Source: an uncultured delta proteobacterium | GTDB taxonomy: Bacteria > Desulfobacterota > Syntrophia > Syntrophales > Smithellaceae | DNA length: 64,000 nucleotides | Assembly (NCBI GenBank): GCA_963753975.1 | Contig: CAVWEH010000002.1 | Coordinates: forward strand, 64,001 to 128,000 | Direction of reading: 5' to 3' | Shown here: one piece after another, positions 56,273 to 64,000 of the stretch | Position numbering within the stretch: the first letter of the stretch is position 1 | Layout of the letters: every line of letters starts with the position of its first letter | The notes under the pieces: model-generated | The model's input: only the letters and a program-made list of their open reading frames with translations | Database searches by the model: none | Told to the model about the DNA's origin: nothing | Made by a program: the position numbers and the translations under genes

Positions 56273-56815
56273 TTATTTGTCCTTAAGATAATCGAATCCG
56301 GCGGCAAAAGCTTTGCGGTTGACTTCCGCAGAGGCTTTCTTCTTGCTGCCCATGATTGCCTCCAAGTTTTTCAAGTACATCTCGGCAGAAACCAGATTTG
56401 TTTTCTTGATGAAGGTGCCCATCATGATGATGTTGGCGGCTCTACTATTGCCTATCTCTTGAGCAATATCAGCGCAGGGAATAGCGCAGACCTTAATATC
56501 CGACCGGTTGGGACGAACTTCGACGATAGAAGAATTTAAGAAGATCGTTCCGCCGGAAGTAATTTTATTTTGAAAAGTAAACAGGGAAGGTGAGTTCATC
56601 GCCACTAGGTAATCCGGCTCCGAAGCTACGGGAGAAGCAATTTCTTCGTCGGCTATGGCCACAGTGCAGTTGGCTGTTCCGCCTCTTACTTCCGCGCCGT
56701 AAGCGGGGAGATAAGTTACGTGATACCCGCTGTTCATTGCGCTATGAGCAAGACTTAAGCCCATCATCAAAACGCCCTGGCCGCCGAATCCCGAGAAAAT
56801 TGTTTTGACGATCAT
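56273..56815 (-). CDS. 2-oxoacid:ferredoxin oxidoreductase gamma subunit
   Basis: SGFGGQGV, PAYGAEVRGGTANC. Confidence 0.9.
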   Translation of the reverse strand: MIVKTIFSGFGGQGVLMMGLSLAHSAMNSGYHVTYLPAYGAEVRGGTANCTVAIADEEIASPVASEPDYLVAMNSPSLFTFQNKITSGGTIFLNSSIVEVRPNRSDIKVCAIPCADIAQEIGNSRAANIIMMGTFIKKTNLVSAEMYLKNLEAIMGSKKKASAEVNRKAFAAGFDYLKDK

Positions 56816-57585
56816 TATACGGCCTCCGCAATTTTCTTTTTCGGAGTGATATTATCTTTGAAGACACCGAGAGGAAATTCCTTGCTCATCACCTCATCAA
56901 TCCACCTGCAGGCATCTATGGGCATCATTTTCCAGTTCGTCGGGCAGGGGGAGAGGATTTCCACCAGTGAAAATCCCAAGGAGTCAAGTTGGCACTGGAA
57001 GGCCTTTCTTATCGCTTTCCTTGTTTTGTTGATATTAGCCGGAGAAGTTAAAGTGCATCTTTCGACATAAGCTACACCTCTTAAAGGAGAGAAGAGTTCG
57101 CATACTTTAACGGGATAACCATCGAGCGTTTTCTGTCGCCCGGCAGGAGTGGTGGTTGTTCTTTGTTCCAGGATCGTTGTCGGAGCCATCTGTCCGCCGG
57201 TCATGCCGTAAACAGCGTTGTTGATAAAGATAATAGTGATATTTTCTCCCCGGTTGGCGGCGTGAAAACTCTCGGCGATGCCGATGGCGGCAAGGTCTCC
57301 ATCTCCCTGATAAGAAAATACAGCACGATCAGGCAAGATCCGTTTGATCCCCGTGGCCATTGCCGGACCTCTTCCGTGCGGCGCTTCGATCATATCGAAA
57401 TCAAAGTAATTATACGCCAAAACAGCGCAGCCTGCCGGAGGGACGCCAATGGTGATTCCTCTAATACTCAATTCATCAATCACTTCAGCTATAAGGCGAT
57501 GCGCAGTGCTGTGTCCGCATCCGGGACAGTAATGAAAAATATTTTCTTTTAAACTTTTTGGCCGGCCAAAAACTTTTTTTGCCAT
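56815..57585 (-). CDS. 2-oxoacid:ferredoxin oxidoreductase beta (TPP-binding) subunit
   Basis: YCPGCGH, HGRG, YQGDGDL, NNAVYGMTGGQ, SPCPT. Confidence 0.92.
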   Translation of the reverse strand: MAKKVFGRPKSLKENIFHYCPGCGHSTAHRLIAEVIDELSIRGITIGVPPAGCAVLAYNYFDFDMIEAPHGRGPAMATGIKRILPDRAVFSYQGDGDLAAIGIAESFHAANRGENITIIFINNAVYGMTGGQMAPTTILEQRTTTTPAGRQKTLDGYPVKVCELFSPLRGVAYVERCTLTSPANINKTRKAIRKAFQCQLDSLGFSLVEILSPCPTNWKMMPIDACRWIDEVMSKEFPLGVFKDNITPKKKIAEAV

Positions 57586-57615
57586 ATTTCTTCTTGTCCT
57601 CAAGTTCGCTATATA

Positions 57616-58674
57616 TTAATCATTTTTGTCGTAGTTACGAGCAATAACATTGGCCAACTCTGACGGTGTCGGTACGGCGCCGCCCGGGCGGCCGTGAAAA
57701 TCAATATCAGCGTAGCCCTGCAGGGAAAGGCGAACGTCATCGAGCATTTGACCGGTATTCATTTCAAAAACGAGAAAGTTCTTAATTTTCGCCGATAAAG
57801 CGCGCAGATTCAATTCAGGAAAAGGCCAGAGAGTTATCGGGCGAAATAGCCCCACCTTCAGGCCGTTGTCGCGCAGGCGTTTAATGGCTCCCTTGGCAAT
57901 GCGGGCAGCCGTTCCATAGGCGACGATAACGAACCGGGCGTCTTCAATTTGATGCTCTTCATAGCGTATTTCGTTTTCGGTAATAATTTTATATTTGCGC
58001 GCCAATTTCCAATTGTGCTCTTCACAGTCGATGGGATCGAGAAGAAGGCCCCTGATGAATTTGCTTTTACCCGTGCCCGCGCCCTGCAGAATGAATTTTT
58101 CGCTGTATACACGAGCTTTTGGTTTTTTAAATACCACCGGCTCCATCATTTGGCCCATCATGCCGTCGGCAAGGATCATCACCGGCGAGCGGTATTTGTC
58201 GGCAAGATCGAAAGCATCCATCGTTAAATCGGACAACTCCTGGCAGGTGGCCGGAGCGAAAACAATCGTGCGGTAATCACCATGTCCGCCGCCGCGGGTA
58301 GCCTGAAAATAATCCCCCTGTGATGGACGAATATTTCCTAATCCGGGTCCGCCGCGCATAATATTGACGATAATGCCCGGAAGTTCGCAGGCGGCCATGG
58401 AAGAAATTCCTTCCTGCTTTAAAGAAATTCCCGGGCTGGATGAAGAAGTCATGACTCTCGCTCCGGCGGCGCTGGCGCCGGCAATCATATTAATTGCGGC
58501 AATTTCGCTTTCCGATTGAATAAAGACGCCTCCCGGAGTACTGCGCATGTGATCGGCCATATACTCGGTAAGTTCATTCTGGGGAGTGATCGGGTAACCG
58601 GCGTAAAACCGGCATCCGGCGCGAATTGCCGCCTCTCCGATGATATTATTCCCGGACATTAATACTTTATTCAC
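57616..58674 (-). CDS. 2-oxoacid:ferredoxin oxidoreductase alpha subunit (VorB-like)
   Basis: GYPITPQNE, QSESEIAA, TSSSSPGISLKQE, RGGPGLG. Confidence 0.92.
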   Translation of the reverse strand: MNKVLMSGNNIIGEAAIRAGCRFYAGYPITPQNELTEYMADHMRSTPGGVFIQSESEIAAINMIAGASAAGARVMTSSSSPGISLKQEGISSMAACELPGIIVNIMRGGPGLGNIRPSQGDYFQATRGGGHGDYRTIVFAPATCQELSDLTMDAFDLADKYRSPVMILADGMMGQMMEPVVFKKPKARVYSEKFILQGAGTGKSKFIRGLLLDPIDCEEHNWKLARKYKIITENEIRYEEHQIEDARFVIVAYGTAARIAKGAIKRLRDNGLKVGLFRPITLWPFPELNLRALSAKIKNFLVFEMNTGQMLDDVRLSLQGYADIDFHGRPGGAVPTPSELANVIARNYDKND

Positions 58675-58876
58675 GATAAACCTCGATGGCTACTTCCGGA
58701 CACATTATGGCGCATAAAGCGCAGCCGGTGCATTCTTTTTCATTGTTCACACACACAGGATGGTAGCCGCGGGAGTTGTATTCTTTGGTTGAGGTAATAT
58801 GGCCTTGAGGACAGAAATGAATACAGAGGTGACATTCCTTGCAATGTTCTTTATCAATTTTTATGTATCCTTTCAA
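58667..58876 (-). CDS. 2-oxoacid:ferredoxin oxidoreductase delta (2x[4Fe-4S]) subunit
   Basis: CKECHLCIHFCP and CTGCALCAIMCP; TTG start. Confidence 0.9.
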   Translation of the reverse strand: MKGYIKIDKEHCKECHLCIHFCPQGHITSTKEYNSRGYHPVCVNNEKECTGCALCAIMCPEVAIEVYRE

Positions 58877-59001
58877 AATTCAATCCCCAGAAAAGTTTTA
58901 TGTTGGTATTATAATACTAGCCGAGCCAAGCTATGTTGCGCATAATGGCTGGAAAGTCAAGTATTTTCATGCAACTATTCGAGAAAAATACAATAAATGG
59001 A

Positions 59002-59505
59002 TTAAAGTTTGCTGATTTGATATCCCTCCAATTTCATGGCAACCGAGCGCTGCAAAAGTTCCAGGGTAATTACGAAAAGCTCCTTTTTGAAATCGCTTTT
59101 TACTACGGTACCTTCCAATCCGGCAAACGGTCCGTCGATAATGCGCGCAGGTTCACCCACTTTGGGAAATTTTATGGTAAAAACTTCCGCTTTTGTTTCT
59201 ATCAGGTGCCGGATGGCATTAATTTTATCTTCCGGTACGGCTATAGGTTCGGAATTTTCTTTTTTACCTAAAATACTTACTACACCGGATGTTTTTAAAA
59301 CAGCCAGTTTTGTTTCATTGTCCAAACAAAGAGTTTCTATAAAAAGGTATCCGGGGAAAAGGGGAATAAAAATTTTTTTCTTCCGGTCTTTGCGTTTGCT
59401 CCATACTTCCGTCTGAGGCAGAAAAGTCGTAATGTTTTTTTGGGCAAGGGCAAAGCTTGCTTTATATTCATGGCGGCTTTTTGTGTGTACGGCATACCAA
59501 GGCAT
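59002..59505 (-). CDS. UpxY/RfaH-like NusG-paralog antiterminator
   Basis: WYAVHTKSRHE, W..RKK....PLFPGYLF, KOW IIDGPFAGLEG. Confidence 0.88.
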   Translation of the reverse strand: MPWYAVHTKSRHEYKASFALAQKNITTFLPQTEVWSKRKDRKKKIFIPLFPGYLFIETLCLDNETKLAVLKTSGVVSILGKKENSEPIAVPEDKINAIRHLIETKAEVFTIKFPKVGEPARIIDGPFAGLEGTVVKSDFKKELFVITLELLQRSVAMKLEGYQISKL

Positions 59506-59543
59506 TGATAATATCCGCTAATTCCAATAATATTTTAAAATAG

Positions 59544-59710
59544 CTTTTTATTTGTGAAGCACCAATTCCGAAAGCGAAGCGCATAACCTAAAGGTTACAC
59601 GTCGGAATTGGTAAGTTGAACAATCCCGCGAAGCGGAGGGTATAATACAATACCCCACAGCTTGCTGCGGAATCGTTTCCAAAGCTTGCTTTGGGGTTCA
59701 TGCCCGTGAT
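59544..59710 (+). repeat. Dispersed structured repeat, copy 6, carrying two nested palindromic inserts
   Basis: ccaattccga/tcggaattgg stem, aaGCGAAGCgca; inserts at ~59584-59601 and ~59649-59699 absent from copy 3. Confidence 0.85.
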
Positions 59711-59719
59711 CCTTCCAAG

Positions 59720-60805
59720 TTATAAAAAGCGGCTATCGATAATGATGTCCTCTCCACTTCTGATAATTTTGCGAATAGATAAAAATTTTGCCGACTCTAG
59801 TTCCTTAATATTTAAATCTCCTACTGCCTCTATTCCTTTTCCTAAAATTTTTGGCGCGATCACCGTCACCAAGCGGTCAGCTAGGTTATCTCTTAAGACA
59901 GAAGTAATGATTTGAGCTCCGCCTTCTATTAACACCGACGATATTTCCCTTGCCGCAAGTTTTTTTAATAGCTTTTTCAAGTCAACTTTTCCCTCCTTGT
60001 CGGCAGCGACGGTAATTATTTGGGCGCCTGTCGCCGCAATAATTTCGTATTTACGATCGTCCGAATTCTTAATTGTAGCAATAATTGTTTTTGCTTTGAC
60101 GATGTTTTTCAGGACTTTTGCTTGATTACCAATCTGCAACTGCGAATCGACGATAATCCTCAGCGGGTTACGGCCGCGAACTAGTCGCACTGTGAGCTCA
60201 GGGTTATCTTTTTTTACGGTTCCCGCTCCGACCAATACGGCGTCATGTTCGGCGCGGAGTTTGTGAGCATATTTCATGGAAGCCTCAGAGCTTATCCATT
60301 GCGATTGGCCTTTCACTGTTGCTATGCGGCCATCAAGGGTTTGGGCGTATTTAATGGTTACAAAGGGCAACCCGGTTTCCATAAAATGGAAAAAAACTTC
60401 ATTGAGATTGCGGCATTCATTTTCCAGAACCCCGGTTTTTACTTCGATACCTAGGTTTTGCAAATAATTAATACCTTGACAGGAAATCAGGGGATTGGAA
60501 TCTATTGTCCCGATAACTACACGGGCTATATTTTTTTTAGCGATAATCTCCACGCAGGGCGGCGTTTTTCCTTCGTGGCAGCATGGTTCCAATGTAACAT
60601 AAAGAGTTGATCCGGCAATATCGGCGGTTGCGTTTGTGATCGCGTTTACTTCGGCGTGACTCTCGCCGTAGCGCCGATGATAACCGCGGCCGATGATTTT
60701 CCCCTTTTTGACAATCACGGCGCCGACCATAGGATTAGGACTAACCTTGCCCCTGCCTTTGGCGGCAAGCTGCAGAGCTAAATTCATATAGTATTCGTCA
60801 TTCAT
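59720..60805 (-). CDS. ribD: Bifunctional riboflavin deaminase/reductase
   Basis: PNPMVG, HAE, TLEPCCH...TPPC, TLDG, IEGG. Confidence 0.95.
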   Translation of the reverse strand: MNDEYYMNLALQLAAKGRGKVSPNPMVGAVIVKKGKIIGRGYHRRYGESHAEVNAITNATADIAGSTLYVTLEPCCHEGKTPPCVEIIAKKNIARVVIGTIDSNPLISCQGINYLQNLGIEVKTGVLENECRNLNEVFFHFMETGLPFVTIKYAQTLDGRIATVKGQSQWISSEASMKYAHKLRAEHDAVLVGAGTVKKDNPELTVRLVRGRNPLRIIVDSQLQIGNQAKVLKNIVKAKTIIATIKNSDDRKYEIIAATGAQIITVAADKEGKVDLKKLLKKLAAREISSVLIEGGAQIITSVLRDNLADRLVTVIAPKILGKGIEAVGDLNIKELESAKFLSIRKIIRSGEDIIIDSRFL

Positions 60806-60925
60806 GGTTATAATTACCTCATTGTTAGATCATATGCAAAGAAATTTATTGTCGACAGGTCGCGAGATGTGGTATGAAAAAACAATTTCCAAATGTTTAA
60901 ACTAAAAGCAATTTAAGGAGCGGCC

Positions 60926-61654
60926 ATGAAAGGCGTTGTTCTTGCCGGTGGACTGGGCAGCCGGCTTTACCCCCTGACCAAAGTAACCAATAAGCACTTG
61001 CTTCCCGTTTATAATGAACCGATGATTTATTATCCCATCAGGATTTTAGTAAATGCCGGCATCAGCGAAATATTAATTGTAACCGGCGGCAATAATGCCG
61101 GTGATTTTTTGCGTCTTTTGGAAAACGGCAAAGACTTCGGACTAAAGCATATTAATTATACCTATCAGCAGGGAGAAGGCGGGATTGCCGCAGCTCTTGG
61201 TCTGGCGGAACATTTTGCGGATAGGGATAAAATAGCAGTGGTTTTGGGCGATAATATTATCGAGGGAAATATCAAGACAGCCGCGGAAAAGTTCCGCCAG
61301 CAAAAAGAAGGAGCCCGCATTTTATTGAAAGAAGTGCCCGATCCGCAAAGATTCGGCGTGCCGGTATTCGACGGCAAAAAAATTGTTCGCGTAGAAGAAA
61401 AACCGTCAAAGCCGACATCGAACTATGCCGTTATCGGAATATATATGTATGACTACAGGGTTTTTGAATTTATCAAGTCGCTAAAACCATCCCAGCGGGG
61501 CGAACTGGAAATTACCGATGTAAATAATTTTTATATTTCCGCAGGGAAGATGCAGTGGGATGTACTGGAAGGCTGGTGGTCTGATGCCGGAACTTTTGAA
61601 TCCCTGCAGATGGCTGGACAATTGGTGGCTAGAACAGGAGCAAATAAAATATGA
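60926..61654 (+). CDS. Glucose-1-phosphate thymidylyltransferase-like (RfbA/SpsI)
   Basis: LAGGLGSRLYPLT, NKHLLPV, LGDNI, RGELEITD, WSDAGT. Confidence 0.88.
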   Translation: MKGVVLAGGLGSRLYPLTKVTNKHLLPVYNEPMIYYPIRILVNAGISEILIVTGGNNAGDFLRLLENGKDFGLKHINYTYQQGEGGIAAALGLAEHFADRDKIAVVLGDNIIEGNIKTAAEKFRQQKEGARILLKEVPDPQRFGVPVFDGKKIVRVEEKPSKPTSNYAVIGIYMYDYRVFEFIKSLKPSQRGELEITDVNNFYISAGKMQWDVLEGWWSDAGTFESLQMAGQLVARTGANKI

Positions 61655-62106
61655 TCAACGGTGTGATGGTGAAAAAACTCAAAATTATTCCTGATGAACG
61701 GGGAAGGCTGATGGAGATACTTCGTGCCGATGACGAAGTTTTCCGGAAATTCGGCCAGGTCTATATGACCACCGCCTATCCGGGAGTTGTTAAAGCCTGG
61801 CATTATCATAAGAAGCAGGATGATAACATGGCGGTAGTCAGAGGAATGATGAAAATAGTTCTCTACGACAGCCGCAGCCAATCGGCTACTTTTGGCCAAA
61901 TCAATGAAATATTCGCCGGGCTTCATAATCCCGTTTTGGTGCATATACCTCATCTTATTTATCACGGTTTTAAATGCATTTCGGAAGAGGAAGCGATTGT
62001 AATAAATGTACCGTCGGATGTTTATAAATACGATGAACCGGATGAATTTCGCCTCCCCGCTCACGGCGGAGAAATACCCTACGCTTGGGAGAGAAAGGAC
62101 GGCTAA
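61651..62106 (+). CDS. dTDP-4-dehydrorhamnose 3,5-epimerase family cupin (RfbC-like)
   Basis: DERGRLME, KAWHYH, YHGF. Confidence 0.85.
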   Translation: MINGVMVKKLKIIPDERGRLMEILRADDEVFRKFGQVYMTTAYPGVVKAWHYHKKQDDNMAVVRGMMKIVLYDSRSQSATFGQINEIFAGLHNPVLVHIPHLIYHGFKCISEEEAIVINVPSDVYKYDEPDEFRLPAHGGEIPYAWERKDG

Positions 62107-62248
62107 ATTCAACTATTTGTAAAATCAACATTAGCGATAGGGGTTATATTTCTTTGATTTATCGGTGAAAGCACTGCTTGTTCGATGACTATTTTGTAAA
62201 ATAGCTGATATCATTCATTTAATGACAGAATGGTTTTGCAAATTATCC

Positions 62249-62276
62249 TTGACTTTGATTAATAATATTATATAAT
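62249..62276 (+). promoter_or_regulatory. sigma70 promoter upstream of riboswitch/pilD
   Basis: TTGACT-N16-TATAAT. Confidence 0.6.
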
Positions 62277-62292
62277 TTAGGCGTAATTCTGG

Positions 62293-62380
62293 AAAGGGCA
62301 AACCGTTTGAAAAGACGGGACGCAAAGTTACTGACCTAAGTCTTGTAATTTTATAGGGATAGGGTGGCAGAACTGCCGGG
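62293..62380 (+). ncRNA. c-di-GMP-I (GEMM) riboswitch
   Basis: AGGGCAAACC-gtttGAAAagac-GGGACGCAAAG...CCTAA...GGCAG..CTGCCG matches the GEMM consensus; in the pilD 5' UTR. Confidence 0.88.
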
Positions 62381-62466
62381 TAACTTCCACGGAAGTACAG
62401 CAATTCTATCATTCCCATCCCAGTTACATTACTGAACTGATTAAAATTGGATCGAAAGTAAATTAA

Positions 62467-63228
62467 ATGCTTTTAAATTTATTTGCTTTTATTTTTGGAG
62501 CCGCAGTCGGCAGTTTTTTAAACGTTTGTATTTTTCGCCTGCCGGCGCAGGAATCGATTATAAAACCGCTGTCGCGTTGTCCGCATTGTCAACATCCCAT
62601 TCGCTTTTTTGATAATATTCCGCTCGTCAGCTTCATTATATTAAAGGGAAAATGCCGCGACTGCGGGGCAAAAATTTCCTGGCGTTATCCGTTGGTGGAA
62701 TTAATCACCGCAGTGCTTTCGCTGTTGCTGTTTTTAAAATTTGGGCTAACCTTAAGATTTTTGATCTTGTTTATTTTTACCGCGGTATTAATAGTGATCG
62801 CATTTATTGATTTGGACAATCAAATTATTCCCGATGTTTTGACCTTGCCGGGAATACCTGTATTCTTCCTTTTGGCTGTCTTTGTCTTGAAAGTTGACTG
62901 GCTGGAAGCTTTAATCGGCCTTGCCGTCGGCGGCGGGGTGCTTTTTGCCATCGCCTTTTTTTATGAACTTATATCCAAAAGGGAAGGAATGGGCGGGGGA
63001 GATATTAAACTTTTGGCAATGATCGGCGGATTTTTCGGATGGAAATCACTGATATTTATACTTTTGTTTAGTTCTTTTTTCGGGGCAATAGTTGGTATTA
63101 CGGCTATGATTATTAAAAAGCAGGATATGAAGTACGCGGTGCCCTTTGGACCGTTCTTGTCGGCGGCGGCAGTTGCCTATATTTTTTGGGGTGATTGTTT
63201 CCTGCGCTTATTATTAATGCCATATTGA
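62467..63228 (+). CDS. pilD: Prepilin peptidase / N-methyltransferase
   Basis: GSFLNVCIFRLP, two CxxC, RYPLVE, FID, GMGGGDIKL, PFGPFL. Confidence 0.95.
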   Translation: MLLNLFAFIFGAAVGSFLNVCIFRLPAQESIIKPLSRCPHCQHPIRFFDNIPLVSFIILKGKCRDCGAKISWRYPLVELITAVLSLLLFLKFGLTLRFLILFIFTAVLIVIAFIDLDNQIIPDVLTLPGIPVFFLLAVFVLKVDWLEALIGLAVGGGVLFAIAFFYELISKREGMGGGDIKLLAMIGGFFGWKSLIFILLFSSFFGAIVGITAMIIKKQDMKYAVPFGPFLSAAAVAYIFWGDCFLRLLLMPY

Positions 63229-63397
63229 GAAAGGGTGCGTGAAAATCACGGCAAATATGTTTAAATTAGCAGATGACAAATAAAAAATAAGCAAAGGAAT
63301 AAATTGACAAAAAATATTTTCAAGCATAAGGTATTGTTATTAAAGGATGATCGGCAAATTTGAGAATGAAAAAGATAGTTTCAGATTCGCTGAAAGG

Positions 63398-63414
63398 TTG
63401 GCATATGACTTGCG
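63398..63414 (+). promoter_or_regulatory. sigma54 (-24/-12) promoter of minor pilin operon
   Basis: TGGCA-N6-TTGC, ~40 bp before the pilin ORF. Confidence 0.65.
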
Positions 63415-63454
63415 ATCTTTATTAAAGAATTAAGGCATTATTTTAGAAATACCG

Positions 63455-63961
63455 ATGGGAGTATGTCGGATTGTGAAAGTGAAAAGGACAAGCGGGTTTA
63501 GCTTAATTGAGATGCTGACAGTTATTGCTATTTTGACAATTATATTGGCAATTGCAATGCCTAATTTTAACCACTATATTCACAATACGAATCTTAAAAC
63601 AGCAGGAAGAGATTTGGCCGGAGATATTTTCAACACTAAACAAACTGCAGCAGCTCAAGGTGTTCACTATAAAATAATATTCGATACGGGTGCAAATAAT
63701 TATCGCATGATAAAAGGTGGCCTCAATGATGCTGACGCGTATGATGAAGCAACAGCAGTAACAAAAAGTCTGGGTTCTATTGCCGGCTATATTACAATTG
63801 ACAGTACAACCTATACACCAGATGATAATCCTCAGATAGTGTTTCAACCGCGAGGCACAACTTCCGCCGGTTCGATTACATTGAAAAACGATATAGGTTC
63901 AACAATAGGAATTACAACTTCTGTAATGGGGAAGGTTAGTGTTGACTATACTTTGCTGTAA
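63455..63961 (+). CDS. Type IV minor pilin, FimT/FimU/GspH-like
   Basis: G|FSLIEML class III signal, C-terminal IVFQPRG...I......GKV; start may be GTG 63473/63479. Confidence 0.85.
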   Translation: MGVCRIVKVKRTSGFSLIEMLTVIAILTIILAIAMPNFNHYIHNTNLKTAGRDLAGDIFNTKQTAAAQGVHYKIIFDTGANNYRMIKGGLNDADAYDEATAVTKSLGSIAGYITIDSTTYTPDDNPQIVFQPRGTTSAGSITLKNDIGSTIGITTSVMGKVSVDYTLL

Positions 63962-64000
63962 AAAAGGCATCAGCATGGTAGAGGTGCTGATCGCTGTAGT
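63939..64000 (+). CDS. Next prepilin (PilV-like), 3' truncated by window
   Basis: Manual translation (V/L)TILCCKKG|ISMVEVLIAV, prepilin motif with E+5. Confidence 0.65.
   Translation, partial: MLTILCCKKGISMVEVLIAV

Overview
Mostly housekeeping chromosome of an anaerobic deltaproteobacterium. Gene content and order suggest Syntrophales (Smithella/Syntrophus-like), which is an inference. Core blocks: mtaB-rnc-radical SAM-era-der-ABC-F; carD-PIN/TRAM-ispDF-gltX; truA-rfbD; mutL-miaA; valS-nadC-ndk-birA-coaX-coaE; ahbB-hemL-(nucleotide-sugar dehydrogenase-gmd-fcl)-atpZ-atpI-atpB, with atpE detached on the opposite strand; a four-subunit 2-oxoacid:ferredoxin oxidoreductase; upxY-like antiterminator, ribD, rfbA/rfbC-like genes; and pilD plus minor pilins preceded by a c-di-GMP-I riboswitch and a sigma54 promoter. 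Most notable: (1) a solitary 1279-aa protein with restriction-nuclease-like N-terminus, STAND-type NTPase and long helical C-terminus (29796-33635), a candidate Avs-like antiphage receptor; (2) a dispersed non-coding structured repeat, six same-strand copies, with compensatory stem changes and a conserved RC-GNA-GY mini-hairpin, into which other palindromes are nested; (3) nine single-base +1 frameshifts in conserved genes, probably consensus artefacts, each readable as two alternative wobble bases side by side; (4) deleted pseudogenes of a gamma-carbonic anhydrase and mobA not apparent from the ORF track. All calls come from reading motifs by eye; no database search was run.
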